From contig CAVNZM010000014.1 in assembly GCA_963693365.1 (NCBI GenBank), positions 5,642,001 through 5,706,000 on the forward strand: a stretch of DNA of 64,000 bases, read 5' to 3'. Both the position numbers and the translations under genes were made by a program. Each line of letters begins with the position of its first letter. Position 1 is the first letter of the stretch. Source of the stretch: Amoebidium appalachense (Eukaryota > Protista > Ichthyosporea). The notes beneath the pieces were generated by a model. That model was not told the origin of the DNA. It did not search any database and worked only from the letters and a program-made list of their open reading frames with translations. Shown here piece by piece: positions 13,127 to 41,251 of the stretch.

Positions 13127-14500
13127 TCACGTACGGTTTACCACAATGATCACAAGCATCACGCCTTTAACCACAAGCACGAACATGAGCATAGGTTGAA
13201 TAGCAGTACCAAACCCACTCGGGTCAGAGGTAGTAAGGATGTCACACGTGCCATTCACAGCGTGAACTCCTTTGGGACACTTGAGCGAACTCTGTCCCGA
13301 CCACACATGCGGAGGGGCAAAGACTCTTGCATTTTCCCGCCTGCAAACCAAAATGTCGTCAAAGGCAGCGGTTTGGTCCTGGGGGGATGCCACAGAGTAA
13401 TTGTTCCCGCCAAAAAACGTCGACATGTAAAACTGGTCGATGTGGAGCGTGTCCGATGTACGCCATTGCATGTCGCTTATGTTTATCGCTAGAATGTTGT
13501 CCATCCACGCTTCAAGTTCCCCGTTTTTCTCAGCTGGAGGATTGTTCATTTTGACGCGGAGGCGAATATTGTGCCACTGTCCAGGCTTAAAGAACATATC
13601 GACCAACCTTCCTGTGACATTGGACGTGTAGATTACATCCACCCCATAACTCGTCGGCATGCCCACAAAGTAGAGGTACTCCTCCGCCTGCCCGTTTACA
13701 CGCCACATGTTTCTCGCACTGAACCCATCCGTACCGTTTGGTATCTTCCCTCCGCTGTTACACAGACCACCACAGAGACCGGGAACCTTCCCCATTTCGT
13801 TGAACTTGAAGTTTTCTTCAAACTTGACCCAATACGACAACCATGCTTCGTCGACTGCTTCAAAACCAGCGTGCCACTGGTAAGCGCATTCCGTAGGACC
13901 CACACACCCTTCTCTGTACGTCTGAAGCAGCGCTGTTACTGCTCCTGGCCTGTCGCTAGCAATAATCGTCGGGAAAGTATTGTTGTTCTTCATTTCGTTC
14001 ATGAGACCGAGGTAGGTAAAGTCCTCCTGAAGTGACTTTTTGGAGTATTCAAAGCCAACAGGGCGATGGTCGAAGGTTTCGTGGAGGGTGGGGACCCAGC
14101 CAGATGGGCAAGCAGGGGAGGCGATTGAGAACGGTTTAGTAATCATGGCAGGTGTAGGCAACGGTATTTGCATGCTGTTTGCGGGCACATGTGTGTGAGT
14201 TGGTGTTGGTATGTGAGATAGATGTGTAGTGGGTGGTGTTGAAGTTGTGGCAGGCTGCAAAGCCACAGAAGGCGTCGGAAAGTCGATGCCCAAAAACACG
14301 CCGTTGGTTGGAAGGACTGTTATAGTCATGGTGGATGTTGCGGTTGCTTGAATACTGCTGTTTTCTGTTGTGTTTGTGGCGTTGTGCATAGTTGGCACAG
14401 GTGCGGGCGGCTGCGGACGTGTTGGGGCGCAGTTTGCTCTGACGAAAAGCATGACTGTGGCAAACACCACGGATGTTTTTATGAACAAAGTAGTCCTCAT
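13127..14500 (-). CDS. Intronless PL14-like polysaccharide lyase (alginate/glucuronan lyase fold) with signal peptide, P/T-rich stalk and C-terminal hydrophobic tail
   Basis: ATG at 14500 (MRTTLFIKTSVVFATVMLFVRANC, signal-like) and a T/P-rich linker. PL14 motifs YWVKFEENF..GKVPGLCGG..SGG..DGFSARNMWR, PGQWHNIRLRVKMN..KNGELEAW and FYMSTFFGG. C-terminus MLMFVLVVKGVMLVIIVV. The track's start at 14647 is a non-ATG extension. Confidence 0.88.
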   Translation of the reverse strand: MRTTLFIKTSVVFATVMLFVRANCAPTRPQPPAPVPTMHNATNTTENSSIQATATSTMTITVLPTNGVFLGIDFPTPSVALQPATTSTPPTTHLSHIPTPTHTHVPANSMQIPLPTPAMITKPFSIASPACPSGWVPTLHETFDHRPVGFEYSKKSLQEDFTYLGLMNEMKNNNTFPTIIASDRPGAVTALLQTYREGCVGPTECAYQWHAGFEAVDEAWLSYWVKFEENFKFNEMGKVPGLCGGLCNSGGKIPNGTDGFSARNMWRVNGQAEEYLYFVGMPTSYGVDVIYTSNVTGRLVDMFFKPGQWHNIRLRVKMNNPPAEKNGELEAWMDNILAINISDMQWRTSDTLHIDQFYMSTFFGGNNYSVASPQDQTAAFDDILVCRRENARVFAPPHVWSGQSSLKCPKGVHAVNGTCDILTTSDPSGFGTAIQPMLMFVLVVKGVMLVIIVVNRT

Positions 14501-14644
14501 GTTGATTAATATGTAGTTTTCACGAGTTAGTTCTCTTTTGTGCCAGTTATTGTGGAAGAAAGTGAAACTGTCGCTGTTGGTTGCACGATGGTGTCTTATT
14601 GAATGTATTCTCTTTGCAGATGTGACGGAGTAGGCCAGCGCGAA

Positions 14645-14920
14645 CAAGTGTTTATAAACCTTAGCAGATTTTCATATCGACCAATCAACGTGTAGAGATC
14701 TGATGGTAGCTCAATGACCAATCATGTTGAGATGTCGCACATATTTTTGATGAAGACTGATAATCACTGATTCCAGGAATGTGGAGTCCAGACTTCCTGA
14801 TTCGAAGATCTAGATCTACCATAGCCCACATCACCTCTTCGAAGTTGCCTGGTACCGGCACTTGCAGAGAATATTGAATTTATTTTTAAATGAACATTTA
14901 GTGAGTCTCCACCAATCAAT
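14645..14920 (-). promoter_or_regulatory. Putative promoter of the PL14 gene (TATA plus CCAAT boxes)
   Basis: TATAAA on the minus strand at 14651-14656. CCAAT at 14681, 14718 and 14912. Confidence 0.45.
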
Positions 14921-15330
14921 ATAATGTGCACGAAATTCTTCTCCCTTGTCTTTTGTTCTTATTTTCTTTTTACGACATCTGATCATGAATTTTGATCAGG
15001 GCAGGTAACAGGTTTCGAGGAAAACTTGCCATTCGCATTCCTATGATCTAGAGCGGATCTGGAAAATATTTGTTTGGGCATCGATGATCCAGCACTGGCC
15101 AGTGCTGCCGTGGCCATGCACAACAACGCAGGACCACACAAAATCTACATAGTATCAAATAACGCAAGAAAAAGGCTTTTTTTATATTAGTATGAGATGT
15201 CGCAGCTAAATCAGCTAAAATTTTGGACAGTAAGTCCCTTTTTGCAGGGCACATGAGGCCATCTCCACGTCCACGCTAAATTAGGGATGGCTATTTTTAG
15301 CTCCTACTATTGGATTCGGCAGATCTCGAA

Positions 15331-15559
15331 CAGGGTGTGAAATTTGTTTTTGGCTGGTGCCATTTTTGCAGCTTTCCACAAGCCCTGATGGCCCCAATAG
15401 AGCCAACAACCGTTTTTAGGTGCCATTTTTCTAATATATTTGGCTCTGTTAGGGCCAATTCTTCAGAAATTGATGGACCTAACTTCGAAAAGTTTAGGGA
15501 CATTTTTCGGACTTTCAGGGACAATTTTCTGGCCCTAAACCCCCTAATTTCACAGCCTG
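15331..15559. mobile_element. 229-bp non-autonomous hAT-type DNA transposon (MITE)
   Basis: 14-bp TIRs CAGGGTGTGAAATT (15331) and AATTTCACAGCCTG (15546-15559), 1 mismatch. Perfect 8-bp TSD ATCTCGAA at 15323-15330 and 15560-15567. An 8-bp TSD with CAG-type termini is characteristic of hAT. Confidence 0.88.
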
Positions 15560-15650
15560 ATCTCGAAATCAGCCTAGTCTCCAAGGCTTTGTATACGCTG
15601 GCTTACGTAAGTGGCCGGGGCGGCCTACGACACTGCGGGACGTCTCCGGC

Positions 15651-16255
15651 CGGATGGGTTCAGTGCAAGAAACATGTGGCGTGTAAACGGGCAGGCGGAG
15701 GAGTACCTCTACTTTGTGGGCATGCCGACGAGTTATGGGGTGGATGTAAACTACACATCGAATGTCACAGGAAAGCCCGTCTATATGTTCTTTAAGCCTG
15801 GGCAGTGGCACAATGTTCGCCTGCGTATCAAAATGAACAATCCTCCCTAAGAGAAAAACGGGGAACTAGAAGCGTGGCTTGACAACATTCTAGCCGTAAA
15901 CATGAGCGACATGCAATGGCGTACCTCCGACACGCTTCACATCGACCAGTTTTACATGTCGCCTCTTTTTGGCGGGAACAATTACTCTGTGGCATCCCCC
16001 CAGGACCACACTGCTGCCTTTGAAGACATTTTGGTTTGCAGGCGGAAAGATGCAAAGGTGTTTGCCCCTCCCCATGCGTGGTCGGGACAGAGTTCGCTCA
16101 AGTGTCACAAGGGGGTTCACGCTGTGAATGGCACATGTGACATCCTCACTACCTCTGACCCGAGTGGGTTTGGTACTGCTGTTCAACCCATGCTCATGTT
16201 TGTGTTTGTGGTTAAAGGCGTGATGTTAGTAATTTTTGTGGTAAATCGTACGTGA
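15651..16255 (+). pseudogene. Inverted, 5'-truncated paralog of the PL14 gene with an in-frame TAA
   Basis: Colinear with the reverse complement of 13731-13127 (DGFSARNMWR...VVNRT*). TAA at 15848-15850 replaces Ala in NPPAEKN. No signal peptide or N-terminal half. A 3' flank motif GTAGTCAGCCGTC is shared with the intact copy. Confidence 0.85.
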
Positions 16256-17750
16256 ACAATATACTATAGATAGTGCTCACAAAACGTAGTCAGCCGTCAT
16301 GTTCTTTGTAATCTCTTACCAAAGTGTTACCGCGCACCCAGCAACTTCCTGCTGTGCAGTTACGCGGTATTTTATAACCGAACCAGCCCTTAAGCTGTTG
16401 AGCAGAAAAAAGCTTTCGTGTATATAGACTTTAAACCACGGTTTTCAAACAGTGTGCTACACCACCGTTTAAGAATCATTTGAAAATGATGGACGGTTAC
16501 GGGCCTCACAACCGCAAGTGAGCTTCTATCCAATAGTATCATGATATAATGATCATGATATATATCAACATCAACATCAATATATATCACTGAACATTTA
16601 TATACCAACCTGACAATCTCTTTGCCTTTATATGCAATTTTCGAATGAAACAAGCCACCTCTGCAACACCAACAGCTGGCTAACGAAATCATCGTATTTG
16701 CACTTTCTCTCATGATTTGTTTAATCCCCCCCCCCCCCCCCCTTTTTTTCAACCCATACCCCCCAGGACCCCCCTCCCCCCCCCTCCCCCCCCTCCCCCC
16801 CCTCCCCCCCCCTCCCCCCCCCCCCCCCCTCCCCCCTCCCTCCCTCTCTTAACCTCGTTTTCCCCTAAGAGAATTGGGGAAGGGAATTGGGGGGGGGATT
16901 GTGGGAGAAAAAAGAACTTCTCGGAAAAAGAAAGGAGGGAAGGAGGGAAGGAAGCAAGGCAGGAAGGAAGCAATAAAGCAAGGCGGAAAGAAAGAAAAAT
17001 GAAAGCAGGAAAGGAAGAATCAAAATAAAGAAAAGAATGAAGAAAGAACTAAAGATAGAAGGAAGGAAGGAAGGAAAGAAAGAAAGATGGAAAGAGCGAG
17101 AAAAAGAAAGAATAAATAATACAAGGGGAAAAAAGTCGACAACCGCTGCCAGGAGGGTTCCCCCACCTCCCCCCCCCCCCCCCCCCCCCCCCCCCCCACC
17201 CCCCAAACACATACACGCACCGGACACACATACACACGTGCGCGTGCGCACATGCGCGCGCACCTCCACGCGCGCACACACACACACACAAACACACACA
17301 AACACACACACATACACACACACATACTTTCTAAAGATAATGCCTCCATACGTCTGGCTCCAAACCACACGTACAATCATCATACATGTCGTGAATGGTG
17401 ATCGCTTTGAACCACAGAAAAAGTCTGATGTTTTTTTTTTCCAAGCCCTTTGTGGGGACTCATTGGAAAGGGATTGAGTGAAAACGAGTAGGCTGTTTGA
17501 AGACAAATACTGGGGAATGATTCCAGTAATTCCTGAATTTCAGCAGTTATTGGGTTAAATATTGCCCATTGCCTACACCCAGTTTTGGAGTTGTCAGCGG
17601 AACTTTTGATGCGTTATCTTCGGGGGGAGAGACAGTAAATTCTTACGTTGGCATGCAGACAGCTCTGGCGAGGCGGGAGAAGGTCTGCGGAGTCCTCATC
17701 TTGGGACCTCTGACTTGAGCTCACACACACACGCAGAGACACACACACAC

Positions 17751-19317
<1,567 letters not shown>

Positions 19318-19949
19318 TCACGGTGTGTACGCGCGTGTCTGCATGTGCATGACATTGTTCTTGAAAGTTCCGGCAGAGCAGAAGGGCGCTTCGGGGGTTT
19401 ACCCAGAGACGGCCGATGGTTGGTTGCTTACGGGCACTACCATTGCTGTTGGCACTTGGCAGTGGTTGTGGCGTTTTGTAACGGTTTCACTGGCGGGGAG
19501 ATTTAGTACGGGGCTGGAAAAGGTTAAACAACGTTAACAGAGGTAAGGTTTCTTGGCTTTTCTGATCATTTCCCTAGCTGTAGTATAACATGTCTAAATA
19601 TTATGAGGCCTTGATACCTAAAAAAAACTTTCAAGCGAACTGATATGCACGTGGTCCTGTAGCGGTGGAGTCCCTGCGACGCTTGCTCGTGCAAGGTGCT
19701 ACCCTTGCCCGGGGCGGCCGGATTCCAATCTTCAAAAAAAAACTCGAGGAATTTCTTAGCCCGATTCAGGAATCATCTGGATTTGGACTGAGAGAAGGAA
19801 GAGTTCACAAGCCAAGTTACGTTATTGGAACCGAAAATAGGCTGAAATATAGTGATTTATTTCAGAACTAAAGAGAGGGAGTGAGTGAAAGTGATAGTTT
19901 TACAGATATAAAGAAATGGGTCACCGCACTCAAGACATAAAGAGTCGAC

Positions 19950-20345
19950 CAGCCAATAGGATGCATTTATCTATCATACACGGCACTGTCCCTGGGACGT
20001 TCAGAGGAGCAAAATGTTGAATTTTAAGGCTTTTTTTGGTACTAATAATACGGTATAGCAGTATAATAATGATACTTGTGTGCTTGTATTTCATATTATG
20101 ATTCATGAAGATTCAGTAGAGCCATAGGCGGCATAGCTGAGTTGATAGCTCCCAAGGCTTAGTACTGTCGAGTCTCTGGTGAGGTTTGATTGGTTCGATC
20201 ATTTGAACCGTTCCTATTGGCTGATCTAAATACTTTTTTATCCTTTTGGGCAACCCGATTGGTTTACTGAATGTAAACAAACGGTTACTGCCCAATTCGC
20301 GACCAATCATATTTGGTGGCTCACCGACTCGCAGGTATATAAACT
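19950..20345 (+). promoter_or_regulatory. Promoter of the amino-acid transporter (CCAAT cluster plus TATA)
   Basis: CCAAT/ATTGG at 19953, 20189, 20216, 20258, 20292 and 20303. TATATAAA at 20336-20343, about 165 nt before the ATG. Confidence 0.55.
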
Positions 20346-20508
20346 GGCAGCGACGCGACAACAACCTTCAGATGCAGACTGCACTTGCAAACACGATTCA
20401 GTACAGCCTGACACCTGGCACCTCTGTTTACACTCTGGCTACTCATCCATACAAAAACAGCTTCTTTTCAAAACTATTATCCCGCAAATTTATCCCGAGA
20501 TAATCAAA

Positions 20509-21927
20509 ATGGCCTCTGTCGATTGTGACTCCAAGATCAAGGCGGCCACAGTGGCTGAGCCCTCTGGCGAATGTGTCTCCATCGAAAGCAACAGCGAGAA
20601 TGAGCAGACGGAGGGGGGCGCCCGCAACTCGTCCGTGCTTGCCGGCATGGCCAATCTCACAAACACAATCATCGGCACCGGCGTGCTTGCCCTCCCCTAT
20701 GCCTTCGCCCAGTGCGGGTGGCTGGTGGCCATCCTGCTCATGGCATTTTCTCTGTTCGCATCGTTCCTTACCATTCATCTCTATAGCAAGTGTTGCCACC
20801 GCGTGGGCGGTGAAAACACGTCCTATGGCGGTGTGTTGAAGGAGGCGTACCCGCGGTTCGGCTGGGTGGGCGACTTTGCGGTCATCTTCACGTGCATTGG
20901 CGCATGCATCTCGTATCTGATGGTGGCTGGCGACCTCCTGCCGCAGTTTGTGGAGCAGGTGGCGGGGTCTTCCGTTGCTGCCGACAGTTTCCTCTACAAC
21001 CGCCTCTTTTGGATCGGCATCGTTTTTGCCGTGGTCGGTGCCCCCCTTGCCTGCATGCCCAACATCGACAAGCTCAAGTTCACCAGCACCCTGGCTATTG
21101 TTGCCGTTCTGTACGTCATGGTGGTCGTGCTTCTTTTCTTTATTGCTCCCTCGGACGCCTTCGATGCCTGCTCCGGCCAGGACGCTGCCACCTGCCGCGG
21201 TGCCGTGGAGATGGTCCATGGCGACGGACTGGGTGTGCTGCGTGCCCTCCCCATGTACATCTTCGCCTTTGCCTGCCAGGTCAACGTGCCGGCCATCTAC
21301 AACGTCATTAAGAAGCCCAGCGTCAAGTCCATGGACATTGTGGGTGCTGGCTCCATTGGCCTCGTTGGTGTCGTTTACATGTTCTTTGGCCTGTGCGGGG
21401 TTCTTACCTTTGGCACCAAAGTCAGCCCCAACATTCTCACGGACTACCCCATCACCCCCGTCGTGTCTGCTGCGCGCCTGATGCTTGCCTTTGTCGTTTC
21501 TGCATCCTACCCCGTCCTCTTCCATCCCACACGTGATGCCTTTGTCAACCTTGTGCACCAGCTGCTCCAGGTTGCAGGAAAGGGCGATGTTGTGTCTGCC
21601 CCGCGCGCAAACAGTACCCGGGCCGTGTTTTGGGCCTGCACGGTGGGTCTCCTTGCCACCACGGTGGCTGTGGCCATGACCATTAGCGACCTCGGGCTGG
21701 TGTTTGGAATTGTTGGTGCTACCTCCTGCACCATGTCGGCATTCATCATCCCCGCCGTGGCCTACCTGAAGATGTTTGTGTACAACGATGCGCAAGCCGA
21801 TGCCGAGAAGGGATGGGCGCCGCGATCGGAGAGCAAGTGGGCCGGTGGCAAGAAGTATGCTGCCTGGTTCCTGGCCGTGTTCGGTGTCATCTTCATGCCC
21901 GTGGCCGTGGTGGTTTTGTTCGTGTGA
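20509..21927 (+). CDS. Intronless amino-acid transporter, Aa_trans/AAAP family (SLC38/vacuolar AVT-like), 472 aa
   Basis: Motifs NLTNTIIGTGVLALPYAF, SYGGV, GACISYLMVAGD, FAFACQVNV and FGIVGAT, with about 11 hydrophobic segments. AAAATGG start context and GC-rich codon usage. Confidence 0.95.
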   Translation: MASVDCDSKIKAATVAEPSGECVSIESNSENEQTEGGARNSSVLAGMANLTNTIIGTGVLALPYAFAQCGWLVAILLMAFSLFASFLTIHLYSKCCHRVGGENTSYGGVLKEAYPRFGWVGDFAVIFTCIGACISYLMVAGDLLPQFVEQVAGSSVAADSFLYNRLFWIGIVFAVVGAPLACMPNIDKLKFTSTLAIVAVLYVMVVVLLFFIAPSDAFDACSGQDAATCRGAVEMVHGDGLGVLRALPMYIFAFACQVNVPAIYNVIKKPSVKSMDIVGAGSIGLVGVVYMFFGLCGVLTFGTKVSPNILTDYPITPVVSAARLMLAFVVSASYPVLFHPTRDAFVNLVHQLLQVAGKGDVVSAPRANSTRAVFWACTVGLLATTVAVAMTISDLGLVFGIVGATSCTMSAFIIPAVAYLKMFVYNDAQADAEKGWAPRSESKWAGGKKYAAWFLAVFGVIFMPVAVVVLFV

Positions 21928-23142
21928 TTTTTTTGTTTTCATTCAGTAGCAGACCTTGCCTGTTACTTAACTACCGTGCTATTACGTGCGATACCTTAGT
22001 TAACTTAGTAGACCTCACGGACTTGTGGGTGGATCTTTCAAGTAAGTTACATCATTGCGTGCGTACAAAAAACGGTTCAGCAAAACTGACGCGCGGAAAG
22101 TCATGGTTACTTATACCTTTATACCCTTATACTGTTAGCTTTTTAAACTTGTAGTTTTGTGTTGTTTCAACTCTTTTTAAAGCTAGTACTGCCGTTTTAG
22201 AACTTTCCAAAATATAGTTCTCGGACGCATCAACCGCTGTGCGGCCATAGTCACCAAAACAATCGTCAAAGTATTAATAAACAGAAAATATTAACGAAAA
22301 AAGGCTGAAACCTCCTTGATACGAGGTGGAACAGCTACTTTCTGTGAATGCTGTACCCAAACTTCCAACAGCCCATAAACATGTGGTGTGGCCATGCACC
22401 CAGTGACTGGCTTACTAAATCCTTTCCGAAAGTCAATTTGCCTTTCAGACAATGCACATACTGTACACACAAAAAAAATGGAGCGTACACAGACTTCTCA
22501 GTACATACGTATGATCACCGCCACAGACATTTCAGTAAAATGTTACTCAAGGCACCCGGGTATGATGATACACAGACCGTTGAGTAGCTCATACACAGTA
22601 TGGAGCTCTACTGAGAAAGAGACCCCGTGCACCTTAAGGTGTCCCCCACCAATATGGTCTCCGGCTACGCATTCAGTTTTGAAGTGTAACAGTGGTTCAC
22701 TTTTACGATAATCTGTAAAATGGGGGTAGATCTAGAGTCTGGTTATCTTAAGGTTCCTGCCAGGATGTAGAGTTCTCTTTCTGCCTCCCCCCCCCCCCCC
22801 CCCCCCCCCCCACCCCACCCCCACCCCCACCCCCACCCCCCATCCCCCGTGCGCCCTCCCCTCCCGCCGGGTCCACGATACGTGTGCATACCCTCCGAGT
22901 GCAAAGTGTACACACTCGCATCCAAACCCGCACACACACACACACACACACACACACATCACACCAGTGACTTGTTGCAATATGCACACAATAAATTGTG
23001 TGGGAAACTTTGCTCGTTTTTGTGCAGGAGCTAACTAAAAACAAACTGGCATCGATGCAAGAGTTACATCAGTTTTGTTGAAGTTGTGCACCCGGAAATA
23101 ACGCCACCCCCCTACCCCCCTCCCCCATCCCTATGCCCCCTC

Positions 23143-23182
<40 letters not shown>

Positions 23183-23792
23183 TCCTGTACACCCCCCGTC
23201 CGGCCTCTATTTATTATCTCAATTCTCCCCCAGTCTCGGTAGACTTAATTTTTTTTTAGAAGCTTCGGAAACTTTAATGATTAAAAACTTGCACTTAGAA
23301 TCTTTTAAGTGAGTTATCTTGTTAGAGAACCACCCCTGAAACACGCCCCCTCCCCCCTTCCACCCCCCCCCCCCCCCCCCCCCCCCGGCGGCCGCTGGCC
23401 TTCCTTACAGCCCCCCCCCCCCTCCCTCCCTCCCCCCCCCCCCCCCCTCCCCCCCTCCCCTCCCCCCCCCCCCCCCCCCCCCTCCCCCCCCCCCCTCCCC
23501 CCCTCCCCCCCCCCCCCCCCCCCCCCCCCGGCGGGCGCCCGCGCCCCCGGCCACCGGGGCTCTCCCTTCCAAACACACAGCTGTGATATACACAAGCGCG
23601 CGCACAAGAACAATTAATGCCACGAAACCGCAACTAAACCGTGCCTCAAAGAGCTGAGGGGGGAGAAGGGGGGCGGGAGGGCGGGTGGGGAGGAGAGGGG
23701 GCTTTACATATGCATCCGGGTGCACAACTTGAACAATAGCATGTGTACGTGCGTGCGTGGCTGTGGTTGCGGTTGAGCGTCATCTGTACGTA

Positions 23793-24355
<563 letters not shown>

Positions 24356-25408
24356 CCAACGTAAACCGTATTACCTCCTTGGCTGTTACACATGTCCCAT
24401 CTCTGGCATCCGAAGCACTGAGTGCAGGTTCTTAAAGGTTGGCATGGGACTAGATTTCATGCTTCTTATGCTTTCACATGTTTATTGTGTGTACCGTACA
24501 TGTTGTATTGCGTTACTGGAGGGAGGCCTTGCGAGTTCACACTGAGGCCTCGAGCTCTTGTTGCTTTTCACCTGACACCTGGCCGGACATGCACACGGCG
24601 GCGCAGCTGGTTACAGAGTCAATCGGGGCCTTGCCGATTCTTTTGCCCCTCCTTCCAGCTCACCAATCAAATCGCAAAGTTTATCGCCCCTAATTAGTCA
24701 CTCAAAGAGACTCTGTCACACTCTCTTTGAATACTTATTCAGTGACTCCCCTACCACACTACCAACACAAGCTTCGAAGCCGCCTCAACGAAAATGAAAT
24801 AAATAAACGTGACACATGACTTGTCCCTCGGTTTTTTTAACCTATTTACTTGGGGTTAGCAATACAGCATAATGCAGTTTTCCGGGTCACTTCAACTTGG
24901 TACAAACGCGACATGCCTGAAAAGCGAAGCAAAATTCCTCATTAAATTCTTGAACACCTGTAAAACATGTGTAGGTTCTACGTCACCTCTGACACACAGT
25001 GACAACACTCACAGCCACACTGCATATGTATACATGTAGCGACACAAGTCCCTTCACTGAGCTCGAACTGTAAAAAGGTTTACAGCAATGGGTCTGTGGA
25101 GTGAATACTGTCTGCTGTCTGCTTAACCCCAATAATTGATCCCTCATTTTATGTTACACTAGACTGTTAAAAAACTGCATTATCTACGAAACTGCTAATT
25201 CCAACCCGCACACATGATTCAGCTGATGTGAATAGCATGTGATTTTGCTCTCTCTGTACAACAATCACTGTGTGTATATGCGCTTTTAGACGTGTGACAA
25301 ACACGTTAAAGTATAGGCATACATCTGAGGTGCCGATCTGACATTTCACACGGCAACCCAATCATCTACACACAAATACGCAAGAAATCGGATGTTGGTT
25401 AGGACAAC

Positions 25409-38807
<13,399 letters not shown>

Positions 38808-39433
38808 AGATTATCTTGCACTGGTATTTTGAGATTAAATAAAGGAAAATTGATATATAAAAACGGGAATTTGAGATAGATTGAAGTGAAATTGGAATGG
38901 GCGATAAACTTTCCAGCTACTGCTAATGCCACAGTGATAAAAATTCTTTAATTTTGCCTCTTCAGAGGTTGTTGGTTATCTGTTTGTGAATTTCTGAAAG
39001 ATTTATTTCTGCTCTCTTCTGGATTTTGATATACCTGATTTACAATGATGTTATACACCGTTTATCTCTAAGGCTATAAGGAAGCAGTGAAACGGGAATT
39101 CCCGTTGCGAGAGCAAACTATCCCGTACAATTTATTATTATGTAGGCTGGAAAGCCGTTTCCATGTATTTTTGGTTTATAGCGTTCAAATATTCAGTGCC
39201 CATTCCCCTATGTTTGCTACATTTGGTTGTAACTAATATTATTTCATGTTTCCTTTTTATGTTGGGCAACAGGGCAACACTATGCCATGATGTGTCCTCC
39301 TAGATCACGGGCTGCTTTGGCCGTTCTGATATCGTTTTTTTCTTTACTTTCTTTCTCTTTTTTTTTTTGGCGTGCATTTGATACCCCTGAATAGGCCGGG
39401 GCAGGCGGGTTCCCCCCGGGCGGTTGGGTGGGT

Positions 39434-39493
<60 letters not shown>

Positions 39494-39853
39494 GATTGTA
39501 ATATGGTAGCCTAGAGGCCTCTCATTACTTTGTACGGTATGTCCGTGTGTAGCAGCCTTGGTATAAATAAATAAATAAAACACGATTGGGTACGAAACTT
39601 TCATGTCCACATGGGTTCACCAGAGGACTCCCCTTACCATTCATGGTAACCTCCCCTCCCCCTCCCCCCCCCCCCCCCCCCCCCCCCTTCCTCCTCCTCC
39701 CTGCTGGGAGAGCTCAAAGCACTGGTCGGATCTTGGTCTAGGTTTTATACCCCAATTTTCATAGACGGGGTATGGCCGCAGCATCACTGACAGTGTGCAT
39801 GAATTCGTAGGACCCCCACTTCTCGTCACCTCACACACACACACACACACGTA

Positions 39854-39888
<35 letters not shown>

Positions 39889-40696
39889 GCACACACACGT
39901 GCGCGCGTGTGCCCCGCGCACGCACGCACGCGTACATGCGGACATGCATACACACCTGCACCCACTGTGACAGGAGTGTGCGAGCGCACATAGACTCATA
40001 CGCACAAACATTTACACGGGTCTAAGGCACATACACACAAACCCCCACACGTGATGTGATGGGTGGTGTGCTGCATAATGGGGCAAAGCATGTCGGAATT
40101 AGTACAGGGGATAATGCCCAAAACAAAAAACGGAAGGGGGGGGGGGAGAAGGATCCGGATCGGGGTGAAAGAAACTAAATTTAAATTGGAAGGGCTGGTG
40201 GGGCTGATCATCGCCCGCTTTTTTAAAAAATGCACCTGCAGGATTAAATGTTAGCAGCACAGCATGCTCACGGGACTCGGATGCAATAACTTCCGGTGCC
40301 TAGAATCTTAAAGGTAGGGGTGTTGTCATAATTGCTATATAGGGTTGGAAGGATGGCCGTGTGGTACTGAACAAGCTTCGAAGAAATCTGATGTATCAGC
40401 AAACCTTCGAACCCGTGAGATATTCCTCAAATTCCCTGCCTTCCCCATACAGGAAGGAGAAGGAGAAGGAGGGGGAGGGGGAGGGGGGGGAGGGGGGGGG
40501 GGGGGGGGGGGGGCATGCCTGTGTTTGTGCTTGCGTATGTCTCTGCACATGGGCGCACACGCGTTACGGTACGTGTGTATTTGGGAGGCAGGGGGGGCAG
40601 ATGGTGGGGAGGATGGGGGGTTTATATGTGCCTGCTTGTTGGCGGTCATATTCTAGGTAGTGTGCTGTGGTGTTGTTTGTCATCGTGTGTGTATAC

Positions 40697-40747
<51 letters not shown>

Positions 40748-41251
40748 GGGGACTTATGGCACACGGGTGATGTGTGTGCACGTCCGTGGCATGCAGTGTG
40801 TATGGAAGCTTCGGTTTGTTTCAAACAGCCAGATACGAATTATCATTGATAATTGTTCGATTAGTACACGTGTGCGGAATTTGGTGGACAAGCCAAATAT
40901 GGCAATCCAAATCGCCATGTATTTTTTAACTGCACAGCAGTTTAATATCCAATGGATTCAAAGGGTCGTTGAGTTACTTAAAATTATATCCAGAACTAAA
41001 AATATATTGACCTGATTTGATCTGTCCACAACTAATAATATCTTGACCTACTATGATCTGTCTCCACAACTGATAATATCTATGAAACCTTGGATATCGT
41101 TAGAATCGATATAGAACCCCCCCCCCCCCCCCCCCCCTTCATTCCACCCCTTCTCCCCGCCCCAAAACCCACTCCTCCGGACAAAAGAGTAAGTGTCAGC
41201 AAAAAGAAGAACTTCGCAAGGTAGAGAAGAAAAACGGATCGCTTTAAAATT

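Noticed and set aside
15848-15850. TAA as a reassigned or read-through codon in the PL14 copy
   Set aside because: TAA terminates TTC4 and the FEZ-like gene normally, and the copy is also 5'-truncated.
20443-21942. 499-aa minus-strand ORF
   Set aside because: Antisense shadow of the GC-rich transporter CDS, with no recognisable motifs.
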